Assembly: GCA_040755995.1 (NCBI GenBank)
Contig: JBFMAF010000024.1
Location: 309,940-373,939, forward strand
Direction: 5' to 3'
Source: Acidobacteriota bacterium
GTDB taxonomy: Bacteria; Acidobacteriota; CAIWXX01
Length of the DNA stretch: 64,000 bases
Shown here: piece after piece, positions 1-7,955 of the stretch
Position numbering within the stretch: the stretch's first letter is position 1
Layout: each line of letters begins with the position of its first letter
The notes under the pieces: model-generated
What the model saw: only the letters and a program-made list of their open reading frames with translations
What the model was told of the DNA's origin: nothing
The model's database searches: none
Program-made: the position numbers and the translations under genes

Positions 1-123
1 TTCATCGCACGCAACCTGGCTGCCGCAATCGGGGGCGAGCTGACCGCATCCAGCGAGGGACGCGGGCATGGGAGCACTTTCACGCTGATGCTTCGTTCGT
101 GGACGGGCCCGCACGACCGATGA
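1..123 (+). CDS. Sensor histidine kinase, C-terminal HATPase_c end (5'-truncated by window)
   Basis: Frame 1 reads FIARNLAAAIGGELTASSEGRGHGSTFTLML..., the typical G2-box end of HATPase_c; TGA at 121-123. Confidence 0.8.
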   Translation, partial: FIARNLAAAIGGELTASSEGRGHGSTFTLMLRSWTGPHDR

Positions 124-174
124 GAATTCGGTTGCAGGATGAAGTATCATGATCTTGGTGACAGGAGGAAGACG

Positions 175-237
175 ATGCGGATGAGCGATATCCCCGAACT
201 CGAGAAGCTGGACGCCTCATTGACAACTGTCAACTGA
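175..237 (+). pseudogene. Possible truncated remnant of a putative addiction-module component (TIGR02574-like)
   Basis: AGGAGG RBS, then MRMSDIPELEKLDAS, which runs into a heptamer repeat and stops after 20 aa; the N-terminus resembles that family from memory. Confidence 0.35.
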
Positions 238-248
238 CAACCGTCAAC
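221..248. repeat. Degenerate heptamer tandem array (TGACAAC/TGTCAAC x4)
   Basis: tgacaac tgtcaac tgacaac cgtcaac. Confidence 0.85.
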
Positions 249-1063
249 TATCTTTCATACGTCCATGCGTCGGTCGCGTACTTGGCGGCCTCGATCGACC
301 TGATGATACCGATCTCCTCGGCCGACCACGGACGCTCCTCGAGCTCGATCCCGAACACCGATCTGAATGCGGCGGCGAAGACGCGATCGAGGCGAGGCGG
401 GGTGATGCCGCCGAGTATGCAGGTGATCGGGACGACCCGGCTGTCCAGCGTTGCGGCGTCGCTGCGGGTGCAACGCGCCAGCACACGCGCATCGAAGTCG
501 ACGAGAATCGAACCGTGCTGCAGAAACCGGTCGCGACTGCGCCATTGGGCGGACCCGGCGATTTTTCTACATTTGTAGAGAATCTCCGAATGCCCGGCAT
601 CGAGGAAGCAGGGATCGTTCCGGCAGTACGCACCTGACCTCATTCGCGGGGCCAGCTCCGTCGGGATGCCGATGCGTTCGAAGCCGGCCATCAATGCGGC
701 GCTGACCCGACGATATGGGCCGTATGGGGACGGGTCATCCAGCAACTGAGGGTGACTTGATGCAATGCTGTAGGTGATCTCCGCGTCGTGCAGCACGGCC
801 TGGCCTCCCGTGGGCCGCCGCACGACGGCGATGCCTGCTCGACGGCAGGCATCGAGGTCGGCGGCCGATGCCGCGGCCTGGGACTTGCCGAGGGACAGCG
901 TCGGCTGCGACCACGCGTAGAACCTTAGAATGGTCGCCGGCACGGCAGCCACCAAGTGCAGCATGGCCTCGTCGGCCGCCATGTTGAACGCACCGGGGAG
1001 GGGGCCGTCGAGCACCAGCCGCCATGGCGAGAATGGGGGTCCGACGGGCTCATGATGGGTCAT
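248..1063 (-). CDS. Lipoate-protein ligase A / octanoyltransferase LipM-like
   Basis: NMAADEAML, LRFYAW..PTLSLG, VRRPTGGQAVLHD and KIAGSAQ motifs of the BPL/LplA/LipB family. Confidence 0.9.
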   Translation of the reverse strand: MTHHEPVGPPFSPWRLVLDGPLPGAFNMAADEAMLHLVAAVPATILRFYAWSQPTLSLGKSQAAASAADLDACRRAGIAVVRRPTGGQAVLHDAEITYSIASSHPQLLDDPSPYGPYRRVSAALMAGFERIGIPTELAPRMRSGAYCRNDPCFLDAGHSEILYKCRKIAGSAQWRSRDRFLQHGSILVDFDARVLARCTRSDAATLDSRVVPITCILGGITPPRLDRVFAAAFRSVFGIELEERPWSAEEIGIIRSIEAAKYATDAWTYER

Positions 1064-1082
1064 TGGGTGCTCTCAGGGGGCA

Positions 1083-1210
1083 GACGCGGAGACGCGGAGA
1101 GGGGGAGAAACGGAGAAACGGAGAAACGGAGAAACGGAGAAACGTGAACACGGAGAGACGGAGACGCGTAGAGCGCCAGACGCGGGGACGCGGTGACACG
1201 GAGAAGAAAC
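1083..1210. repeat. Degenerate octamer tandem array (CGGAGAAA and variants)
   Basis: Four perfect cggagaaa units at 1111-1142, flanked by cggagacg/cggggacg/cggtgaca variants. Confidence 0.9.
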
Positions 1211-1325
1211 CATTTCGCGGCTCCGACCGCGGTGCCCAGTTTGTGTTATCTCGACCTTCGCCTGTCGACCCGAGGTTGCGCCGGCGCGGCCCTGACAGGC
1301 CTGGTGTACCCCAGGCTCGGCCTTG

Positions 1326-1547
1326 CTATGCTTCTGGTGTACCGGCTGGTGGTGCGGGTGCCTGGTCCTTGCCCCGCTTCGGTCCTGTGAACTTCTCGTA
1401 GAATTCGGTCAGGAACCTGGTGACGGCGTCGGTCGTGTCAGTAACATGCCGGCGCACCTTTTCGTTCTTAGCGACCAGCACCGCGGTGCCGACGATCAAT
1501 GCCGACTTGAACAGCAATCCGCCAAGCTTGGAATGTCCGACGATCAT
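1326..1547 (-). CDS. Small protein with an N-terminal hydrophobic helix (YtxH-like layout), hypothetical
   Basis: Strong GGAGGAGG RBS; hydrophobic LLFKSALIVGTAVLVA followed by an amphipathic segment; co-oriented with the upstream operon. Confidence 0.7.
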   Translation of the reverse strand: MIVGHSKLGGLLFKSALIVGTAVLVAKNEKVRRHVTDTTDAVTRFLTEFYEKFTGPKRGKDQAPAPPAGTPEA

Positions 1548-1571
1548 GAATCCTCCTCCCGTCTCAATACA

Positions 1572-2264
1572 TCACACATTATGTGCCGAACGCTGTGCCG
1601 CTTCAAGAAGCTTGACCTCGGGCAGGGTGGGGTCGAGCATGGAGGCGATCTGAAGATGGGTGAGGGCATCGTATGGTTGGCCCTGCCGCAACAGGGAGGC
1701 TCCGAGCATCGCATGGGCCTCGGCGTCGACAGGAGTTGTCTCGATGCCCACGAGGAGCTCTCGCGCGGCCGACTTGTGGCGTCTCTTGCGGTACCAGATC
1801 TTGCCCAGCAGTGTGCGTGTCAGTCCCGCCTCGGCCGCCTTCAGGCTCGCCGTGGCGGCCTCGAAGCTCGATTTCAATGCGGCCGACCGCGCAGCCGCCT
1901 TCGACTCGGTGCATGCGGTGCAATAGGCCACTAGCGCCCGCAGGAGAAGTGTGTGGGCGTGGTCTGCGGGCAGCCGATCGAGCACGGGAGTCAACTTGGG
2001 CGCCATAGCAGGCTCTTCAGCCAGTATCTCGTAAAGCGAAGATACGGATTCGGAGTGACCGGGGTCGAGCTCCAGAACGGCGGCGAACTGTTCCAGGGCT
2101 CTGTCGTTGCGCCCCTGGAAGTGAGCACTACGCGCTTCCTGCGCCCGTTGCGCCGCTTCGTTGATCTCGCGGATCTGCCGGGCCTTTCGCACGATCTTCT
2201 CTTCGAGCTGGGCGGCCTTGTCGCGGAGGAACCCGGCGATGCGGCTGATCGAATCACGCGGCAC
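1572..2264 (-). CDS. Tetratricopeptide-repeat protein
   Basis: TPR-like segments (ALEQFAAVLELDPGH; AEAHAMLGASLLRQGQPYDALTHLQIASMLDP); overlaps the M48 gene. Confidence 0.75.
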   Translation of the reverse strand: MPRDSISRIAGFLRDKAAQLEEKIVRKARQIREINEAAQRAQEARSAHFQGRNDRALEQFAAVLELDPGHSESVSSLYEILAEEPAMAPKLTPVLDRLPADHAHTLLLRALVAYCTACTESKAAARSAALKSSFEAATASLKAAEAGLTRTLLGKIWYRKRRHKSAARELLVGIETTPVDAEAHAMLGASLLRQGQPYDALTHLQIASMLDPTLPEVKLLEAAQRSAHNV

Positions 2265-3090
2265 GCTGTCGCCTCCACGCGAGCAGCTCCTTCGTCCGCT
2301 GCCGGCTCGCGAATCTGATCAACTCCCGCACGCGATGAGGACCGAACGGGTGCGTGATCTGCTCTGCCATGAGCATCATGCCCGCCTTCGAGAGAAGCTC
2401 GGCCCGATCGAGCTCGTCGGCCTGCTTGAGAAACTCGGCCATGTTCACTTGCGAAGCGAGTGTCTGCGAGCCGGCCGAGAGAAGCAGCTCCGCCTTGACT
2501 GCCGCGGTGATGTCGGCGCACAGGCAGTATCCCAGGGCGTCGCAGGAGTACTCGCAGGCCCTGACGTACCGCATCAAGAGGGTCTTGGCGGAGAGAGCGA
2601 GCGGGATTCTGAGGAGATCCGGGAGCTGCGCGAGCAGGCTGGTGGCCTGTCCGAACAGCAGCATCATGAGGATGCGGTAGAGCCGGTGGTTGCTCTTGAT
2701 GTGGCCCAACTCGTGGCCGATGATCGAGCTCATCTGCTCGGACGTGGCGGTGTCGAGGAGCGATGAGTGGAGCACGATGAAGGTCTCTTCGTCCGCCTGC
2801 AGCCCGTTGGTGTATGCATTCATCACGGGGTGGTTGCTCACGTAGATGGTCGGGGGTTCGATTCCCAGCAAGCGGCAGTGGCTGGTCAGAGTAGCGTGCA
2901 AAACGGGGAACTGCTTTCTCGCGACGCGGACCATTTTCCCGAGCTTGAAGCCCTTGAGCAGCTTGTGCTGGACGCTGTCGATAGCGGAGATCAGTTTGAC
3001 GACGATCGGGTGCTGCGACACCCTGGCAAAGGTGCTGGCCTCCTCGGCGTGCCGGTAGTCCTCGATGTCGATGATCTGCTTGTCAGGCAT
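2254..3090 (-). CDS. M48 family zinc metallopeptidase (HtpX/Ste24-like)
   Basis: NAYT, IGHELGH (HExxH) and EYSCD third ligand, plus THP. Confidence 0.9.
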   Translation of the reverse strand: MPDKQIIDIEDYRHAEEASTFARVSQHPIVVKLISAIDSVQHKLLKGFKLGKMVRVARKQFPVLHATLTSHCRLLGIEPPTIYVSNHPVMNAYTNGLQADEETFIVLHSSLLDTATSEQMSSIIGHELGHIKSNHRLYRILMMLLFGQATSLLAQLPDLLRIPLALSAKTLLMRYVRACEYSCDALGYCLCADITAAVKAELLLSAGSQTLASQVNMAEFLKQADELDRAELLSKAGMMLMAEQITHPFGPHRVRELIRFASRQRTKELLAWRRQRAA

Positions 3091-3161
3091 GAAACCCTAA
3101 TGAGGCGGGGCCTCAGACCGATGAAGCATGACCCCATGCTCCGTACCCAGGCCGAAGGCCG

Positions 3162-3215
3162 GTACCTGTGCCCGCACGCGCACCCGGTCGGAGGCGGATA
3201 CGGGTACGGGTACAG
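3162..3215. repeat. Inverted hexamer arrays forming an imperfect hairpin
   Basis: gtacctgtgcccgcacgcgcacccg ... cggatacgggtacgggtac. Confidence 0.5.
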
Positions 3216-3283
3216 ATTCAGGCCCGTGAAATGCGGCTCGAAAGCCTCTGCTCATTCGCGCCATGCTCTACGCCTCCGGCTGC

Positions 3284-4699
3284 CTAGTCGTCCTCTGGCG
3301 GCTCGGATGGTTCGCCCTTGGCTGGCCGGATCTGGTACTGCTCCATCTTCTTGTACAGATTCGAGCGGGGGACGTCGATCTGGTTTGCTGTTTGAGATAT
3401 GTTCCAATCGTTCTCGCGGAGGCGGGTGAGGATGAAGTGTTTCTCGCAGAGGTCGCGGTATTCTCTCAGAGTGCGCGCGCCGGACACGTCCAGGATTCCG
3501 CGCGAGTTCGGCGGGGCCTTCTGGATCACCCCTTGCAGCATCAGGTCATCGGGGCCGATGCTGTCACCATCGCTCATGATCAAGAGCCGCTCGACCAGGT
3601 TTCTCAGCTCGCGGACGTTTCCGCGCCAGGGCATGGTGCGCATCGTCTGAATCGCATCCGGATGAAAGCTCTTGTTTCGAAGGCTGTTCTCCTGGATGTA
3701 CATCTGCCGAAAATGCTCCACCAGCGGCGGGATGTCATCGGGGCGCTCCCGCAGCGGCGGGCTCTGGATCGGGATCACGTTGAGCCTGAAATACAGGTCC
3801 TCGCGGAAACGGCCGGCCGTGATTTCGGCTTCGATCTCCTTGTTGGTCGCTGCGATGACCCTGACGTCGATCTTGATTATGCGATTCGCACCGATTCGCT
3901 CGATCTCCCCCTCCTGCAGCGCCCGGAGCACCTTTGCCTGCGTCTTCAGGCTCATGTCGCCGATCTCGTCCAGGAAGATCGTCCCGCCGCTCGCCTGCTC
4001 GAACTTCCCGATCTGTTTCTCGAAGGCTCCCGTGAACGAGCCCTTCTCGTGGCCGAACAGCTCGCTCTCGATCAGCTCCTCCGGTATCGCCGCGCAGTTC
4101 ACCTGGACAAACGGTTCGGACCTTCGGGTGCTGAGCCGATGGATCTGTCGCGCCACCAGCTCCTTGCCCGTCCCACTCTCGCCGCGAATCAGGACTGTGG
4201 CGTGGGTAGGCGCCGCCTTCTGAATCGTCTCCAGCAGGCGCCGCATAGGGGCGCTCTCGCCCACGATCCGATATCGATTCTCTTCACGCAATCTGAACCG
4301 GCGGTTCTCCCGGGCGAGGCTCGAATGCGACAGCGCGTTGCGGACGGTCAGCAGCAGCTTGTCACGCTCGAGGGGCTTCTCGAGGAAGTCGAAGGCGCCC
4401 TGCTTTGTCGCCTCGACGGCCGTCGACACGGTGCCGTGCCCGGAGATCATGATCACCTCGGGGGGCTCCGGCGAGGCCACGATTCTCGGCAGAAGCTCCA
4501 TGCCATCTACCTGCGGCATCTTGATGTCCAGCAGAACGATGTCAGGACGCTCCTCGTCGATCATCCGCAGCCCCTCGCCGGCGTCCCGGGCTCCGACGAA
4601 TACGTATCCCTCGTACTCCAGCACCATCTTCAGCGTGTCTCGAATGCCTTCGTCGTCGTCAATCACCAGAATGCGCGGTTTCCCCATCAGACCGGTCAC
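3284..4699 (-). CDS. Sigma-54-dependent response regulator (REC-AAA+-HTH; NtrX/ZraR-like)
   Basis: REC (DDD, LLDIKMP, KP); GESGTGKE, GSFTGA, FLDEIGD, WRGNVRELRN; Fis-type HTH. Confidence 0.95.
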   Translation of the reverse strand: MTGLMGKPRILVIDDDEGIRDTLKMVLEYEGYVFVGARDAGEGLRMIDEERPDIVLLDIKMPQVDGMELLPRIVASPEPPEVIMISGHGTVSTAVEATKQGAFDFLEKPLERDKLLLTVRNALSHSSLARENRRFRLREENRYRIVGESAPMRRLLETIQKAAPTHATVLIRGESGTGKELVARQIHRLSTRRSEPFVQVNCAAIPEELIESELFGHEKGSFTGAFEKQIGKFEQASGGTIFLDEIGDMSLKTQAKVLRALQEGEIERIGANRIIKIDVRVIAATNKEIEAEITAGRFREDLYFRLNVIPIQSPPLRERPDDIPPLVEHFRQMYIQENSLRNKSFHPDAIQTMRTMPWRGNVRELRNLVERLLIMSDGDSIGPDDLMLQGVIQKAPPNSRGILDVSGARTLREYRDLCEKHFILTRLRENDWNISQTANQIDVPRSNLYKKMEQYQIRPAKGEPSEPPEDD

Positions 4700-4968
4700 C
4701 TTTCTTGCGAGCGCAGCGGGAATGAGGGGCCGAGGACTGACTCACACACCCACGGCTCGAACACCCCTCATGCCAGCTCCAACCGTACCATGCTCACCAG
4801 CACACTTTCAAGCGGAGGCGGGATGAGGTAGCATTAATGTCCTGGGGGGATGTTGAGAAGCCGGTTTCGCTCTGCTTGCCTGAACCAGGGGGCGTGCCCA
4901 GGGAGCGTTCGGCACCAGGCGAGGAGGCGGCCCGGCATTCCGATCGACACCCGGCTAGTCACGACTGG

Positions 4969-7710
4969 ATGAAGCAAATGGAAACGGGTCCATCACGCAC
5001 TCCGATCTTCGTGTTCGATATCTGGGGATGCCGCGGCTCGCGCAATCTGGAGCCGGGGTCGTCGCGACTGGGCACGCGGACGCCCTGCTACTCCGTCCTC
5101 GGCAGGGAAGAGCTCCTCGTTTTCGACGCGGGCCGCGGACTCGCCGCGCTCGGCATCGCGATGAAGCAGGGCGTCCGGTATCAGAACGTCTCGCATATTC
5201 ACCTGCTAGTGAGCCACGCTCACATGGATCACTGGGAGGGGCTCAAGGATGTCGACTGGTTCTGGCTGAAGGACCGGCCCCTGGAAGTGACGCTCCATGG
5301 GCCGTCGGAAGCAGTCGAGGCCGCTCGCGCGGCATTCGCTCATCCGTCCTACGTTCCGCTGGAACAACTGGCCTCCGGCACCAACGTGCGCTTCGACGTG
5401 GATGCTCTGAAGGCCGGAGATGAGCGCGATCTCGGTTCGTTCCGCCTCAAGACGGCGGCTCTCAACCATTACAGCGGCAGCGGCCCCACCAAACGCATGC
5501 TGGACGCACTGGGATTCCGCGCTGAAGGGAAGGATGGGCCCGTCGTTTCCTATGTCTCGGATCACGAGCCATCGCCCAGCCATGCCGCGGATGAGGCCCG
5601 GCTGGTGACGGGCGCCTCGCTCATCGTGCTCGACGCTCACTATGCGAACATCTCCGAGCATTCATACGGACACGGGTCGATCGAGTACGCAGCGCGGATC
5701 GCGCGCTCGTATCCGGACACCCTGGTCATGGCCAGCCACATCGGCTCGCTTCTGAGCGACGAGTCCATCATCGAGTCGGTCCTCCGCCACGCCCAGGGCG
5801 TCGCCAATTTCCGGCTCTCGCGCGAGGGGGATTCGTATTTCTGGAACTGGCGGGAGCAGAAGTTCATCACGCACGGACAGCCCCCAGCCGTCTCCGTCGG
5901 ATCAGACGGCACACCGAGGCGGCCTTTCCCGAAGGGCGGTCTCGCGACGCCGGAAGACCTCCATATCCTCAGGCACGAGCTGAAGACCCCGATCAATCAG
6001 ATCATGGGCTATTCGGAGCTCATCGAGGAGGAGATGGAGGACAAGGGCGAATCATCGTACACCGCCGACCTGCGGAAGATCCACAAGGCCTCCCAGCAGC
6101 TGCTATACCTGGTCGATCAGATCCAGCTGCCTGACTCGGCCCCCGGCGCGCCGCCGCCGGTTCCGCAGCATTCAACCGGACTGGAACAGGCGACAGCCGA
6201 GATCGGGACCGACGACGAAGCCGCTGTCGCTCTTCCGGCGGATTACGATCAGAATGGAGCACCTGGCGAGCACGTGCTTGTGGTCGACGACAACGAGCTG
6301 AACCTTGACATGCTGTCGCGACGGCTGAAGGGGCGGGGCTACCGCGTCTCGGTTGCGAGCGACGGGCAGCAGGCGTTCGAGAAGGTGAATGCGGACCGGT
6401 TCGACGCGATCCTCCTGGATATAATGATGCCCGGCATCAGCGGGCTTGACGTGCTGAAGGCGCTGCGCAAGACGTATACTCCGGCCGACCTGCCGGTCAT
6501 CATGGCCACGGCGAGGGATCAGAGCGAGGACATCGTGGAGGCGCTGAAGCTCGGCGCAAACGACTACGTCACCAAGCCGCTCGATTTTCCCGTCGTCGTG
6601 GCGCGCCTCCGAACCCACCTCTCGCTGAAGAAGGCCAGGGATCGTGTGAACCGCCTGGTGGAAGGGTTGGAGGTCAGGAATCGATTCATACGAAAAACGT
6701 TCGGGCGGTATCTGAGCGACGACGTGGTAGCGAGTCTGCTGGAGAGTCCGGAGGGGCTCAAGCTTGGCGGCGACCGCCGCGTTGTGACCATGCTCATGGC
6801 CGACCTCCGAGGCTTCACCTCGATGACGCATGGGATGAACCCCGAGCTGGTCATGAGAGTCCTCAACAACTACCTGGGGACCATGGCGCACGTCATCACC
6901 AAGCATCGAGGGACAATTGACGAGTTCCTCGGCGACGGCATTCTGGCGCTGTTCGGGGCGCCGATTCAGGCTGAGGACGACCCGCGGCGCGCCCTCGCAT
7001 GTGCGCTCGAAATGCAGGTGGCGATCGAGGCGGTGAATGAACACAATGCGGCCGAGGGGCTGCCGTCGATCGACATGGGCGTCGCACTGAACACGGGCGA
7101 GGTCGTCGTTGGCAACATCGGATCAGAGACGCGGGCCAAGTACGGAGTGGTGGGTAGCCAGGTGAACCTGAGCGGGCGAATCGAGTCGTTCACAGTCGGC
7201 GGCCAGATTCTGATGACTGACGCCACACTGCAGGCGGCCGGCCGTGACGTGCACGTGGGGAAGGCGCTGGCGCTGAACGCGAAGGGCTTCAAGGAACCAG
7301 TGCGCGTCTACGAGCTCGTGGGACTCGGCGCGCCTTACAACATCTTCCTCCCGCAGCGGAAGGACGCGCCGGTCCAGCTCTCGCAGGAGATCCCCGTTCT
7401 TTGCTGGGTGCTGAGCGACAAGCTGATCGACACGGATGTATTCGAGGGGTTCATTACCGCATTGTCGCCCAGGGGTGGTGAGATGCGGTCTCTGGCCAGC
7501 CTGGAGCCTATGACCAACCTCAAGCTCCGCTTTGCCGGTGATCGTGAGAAGGTGCTCGATTCCGATATCTACGTCAAGGTGACATGTGCCGACGAGACGG
7601 CCCACGAACGGCTGAGCTTCCGCTTTACTTCGGCGCGGCCCGATGTGCTCGAATATATCCGGCAGCTTCGCGAGAACAACGGCCGGTTGCCTGGGGAGCC
7701 AGCACGCTAA
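4969..7710 (+). CDS. Fusion of MBL-fold hydrolase, HisKA, REC, class III nucleotidyl cyclase (Cya2-like) and a degenerate PilZ-like tail
   Basis: WGCRGS and SHAHMDH (HxHxDH); HELKTPINQIMGYSEL; VVDD..LLDIMMP..TKP; ADLRGFT, DEFLGDG, KYGVVGSQVNLSGR. Start uncertain (4837, 4969 or 4978). Confidence 0.88.
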   Translation: MKQMETGPSRTPIFVFDIWGCRGSRNLEPGSSRLGTRTPCYSVLGREELLVFDAGRGLAALGIAMKQGVRYQNVSHIHLLVSHAHMDHWEGLKDVDWFWLKDRPLEVTLHGPSEAVEAARAAFAHPSYVPLEQLASGTNVRFDVDALKAGDERDLGSFRLKTAALNHYSGSGPTKRMLDALGFRAEGKDGPVVSYVSDHEPSPSHAADEARLVTGASLIVLDAHYANISEHSYGHGSIEYAARIARSYPDTLVMASHIGSLLSDESIIESVLRHAQGVANFRLSREGDSYFWNWREQKFITHGQPPAVSVGSDGTPRRPFPKGGLATPEDLHILRHELKTPINQIMGYSELIEEEMEDKGESSYTADLRKIHKASQQLLYLVDQIQLPDSAPGAPPPVPQHSTGLEQATAEIGTDDEAAVALPADYDQNGAPGEHVLVVDDNELNLDMLSRRLKGRGYRVSVASDGQQAFEKVNADRFDAILLDIMMPGISGLDVLKALRKTYTPADLPVIMATARDQSEDIVEALKLGANDYVTKPLDFPVVVARLRTHLSLKKARDRVNRLVEGLEVRNRFIRKTFGRYLSDDVVASLLESPEGLKLGGDRRVVTMLMADLRGFTSMTHGMNPELVMRVLNNYLGTMAHVITKHRGTIDEFLGDGILALFGAPIQAEDDPRRALACALEMQVAIEAVNEHNAAEGLPSIDMGVALNTGEVVVGNIGSETRAKYGVVGSQVNLSGRIESFTVGGQILMTDATLQAAGRDVHVGKALALNAKGFKEPVRVYELVGLGAPYNIFLPQRKDAPVQLSQEIPVLCWVLSDKLIDTDVFEGFITALSPRGGEMRSLASLEPMTNLKLRFAGDREKVLDSDIYVKVTCADETAHERLSFRFTSARPDVLEYIRQLRENNGRLPGEPAR

Positions 7711-7955
7711 CTCAGTTCATGCGACAGTTGGACGAAGCGGTCGACGGTCGTCGGCTCAGGTTCGCGGGTGCAGAGGCGATGCAGTCGGATTGCGGCCGTC
7801 TCGGACACCAGGCAATCGATTGGCGATCTGTGGTATCCTAGAGGCCGAGCTTCGAAACGATCAAGTGAAGGAGTCACTCATTATCACGTCCGCGCTCCCG
7901 TGACGTGGGACATCCATCGGCCGATGAGATGAGATCGGCAGGGAGGAAGAAAGAC

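Noticed and set aside
1083..1210. CRISPR array
   Set aside because: The units are 8-nt degenerate tandem repeats without unique spacers, and no cas genes are in the window.
3263..4831. Long antisense ORFs (e.g. 3263-4831, 14956-16026, 17891-19135, 59831-60955)
   Set aside because: They are shadow frames opposite well-supported genes, as expected in high-GC DNA, and carry no recognisable motifs.
7370..7660. c-di-GMP-binding PilZ domain on the cyclase
   Set aside because: The fold looks PilZ-like, but the RxxxR motif is absent and the DxSxxG motif is degenerate, so binding is not supported.
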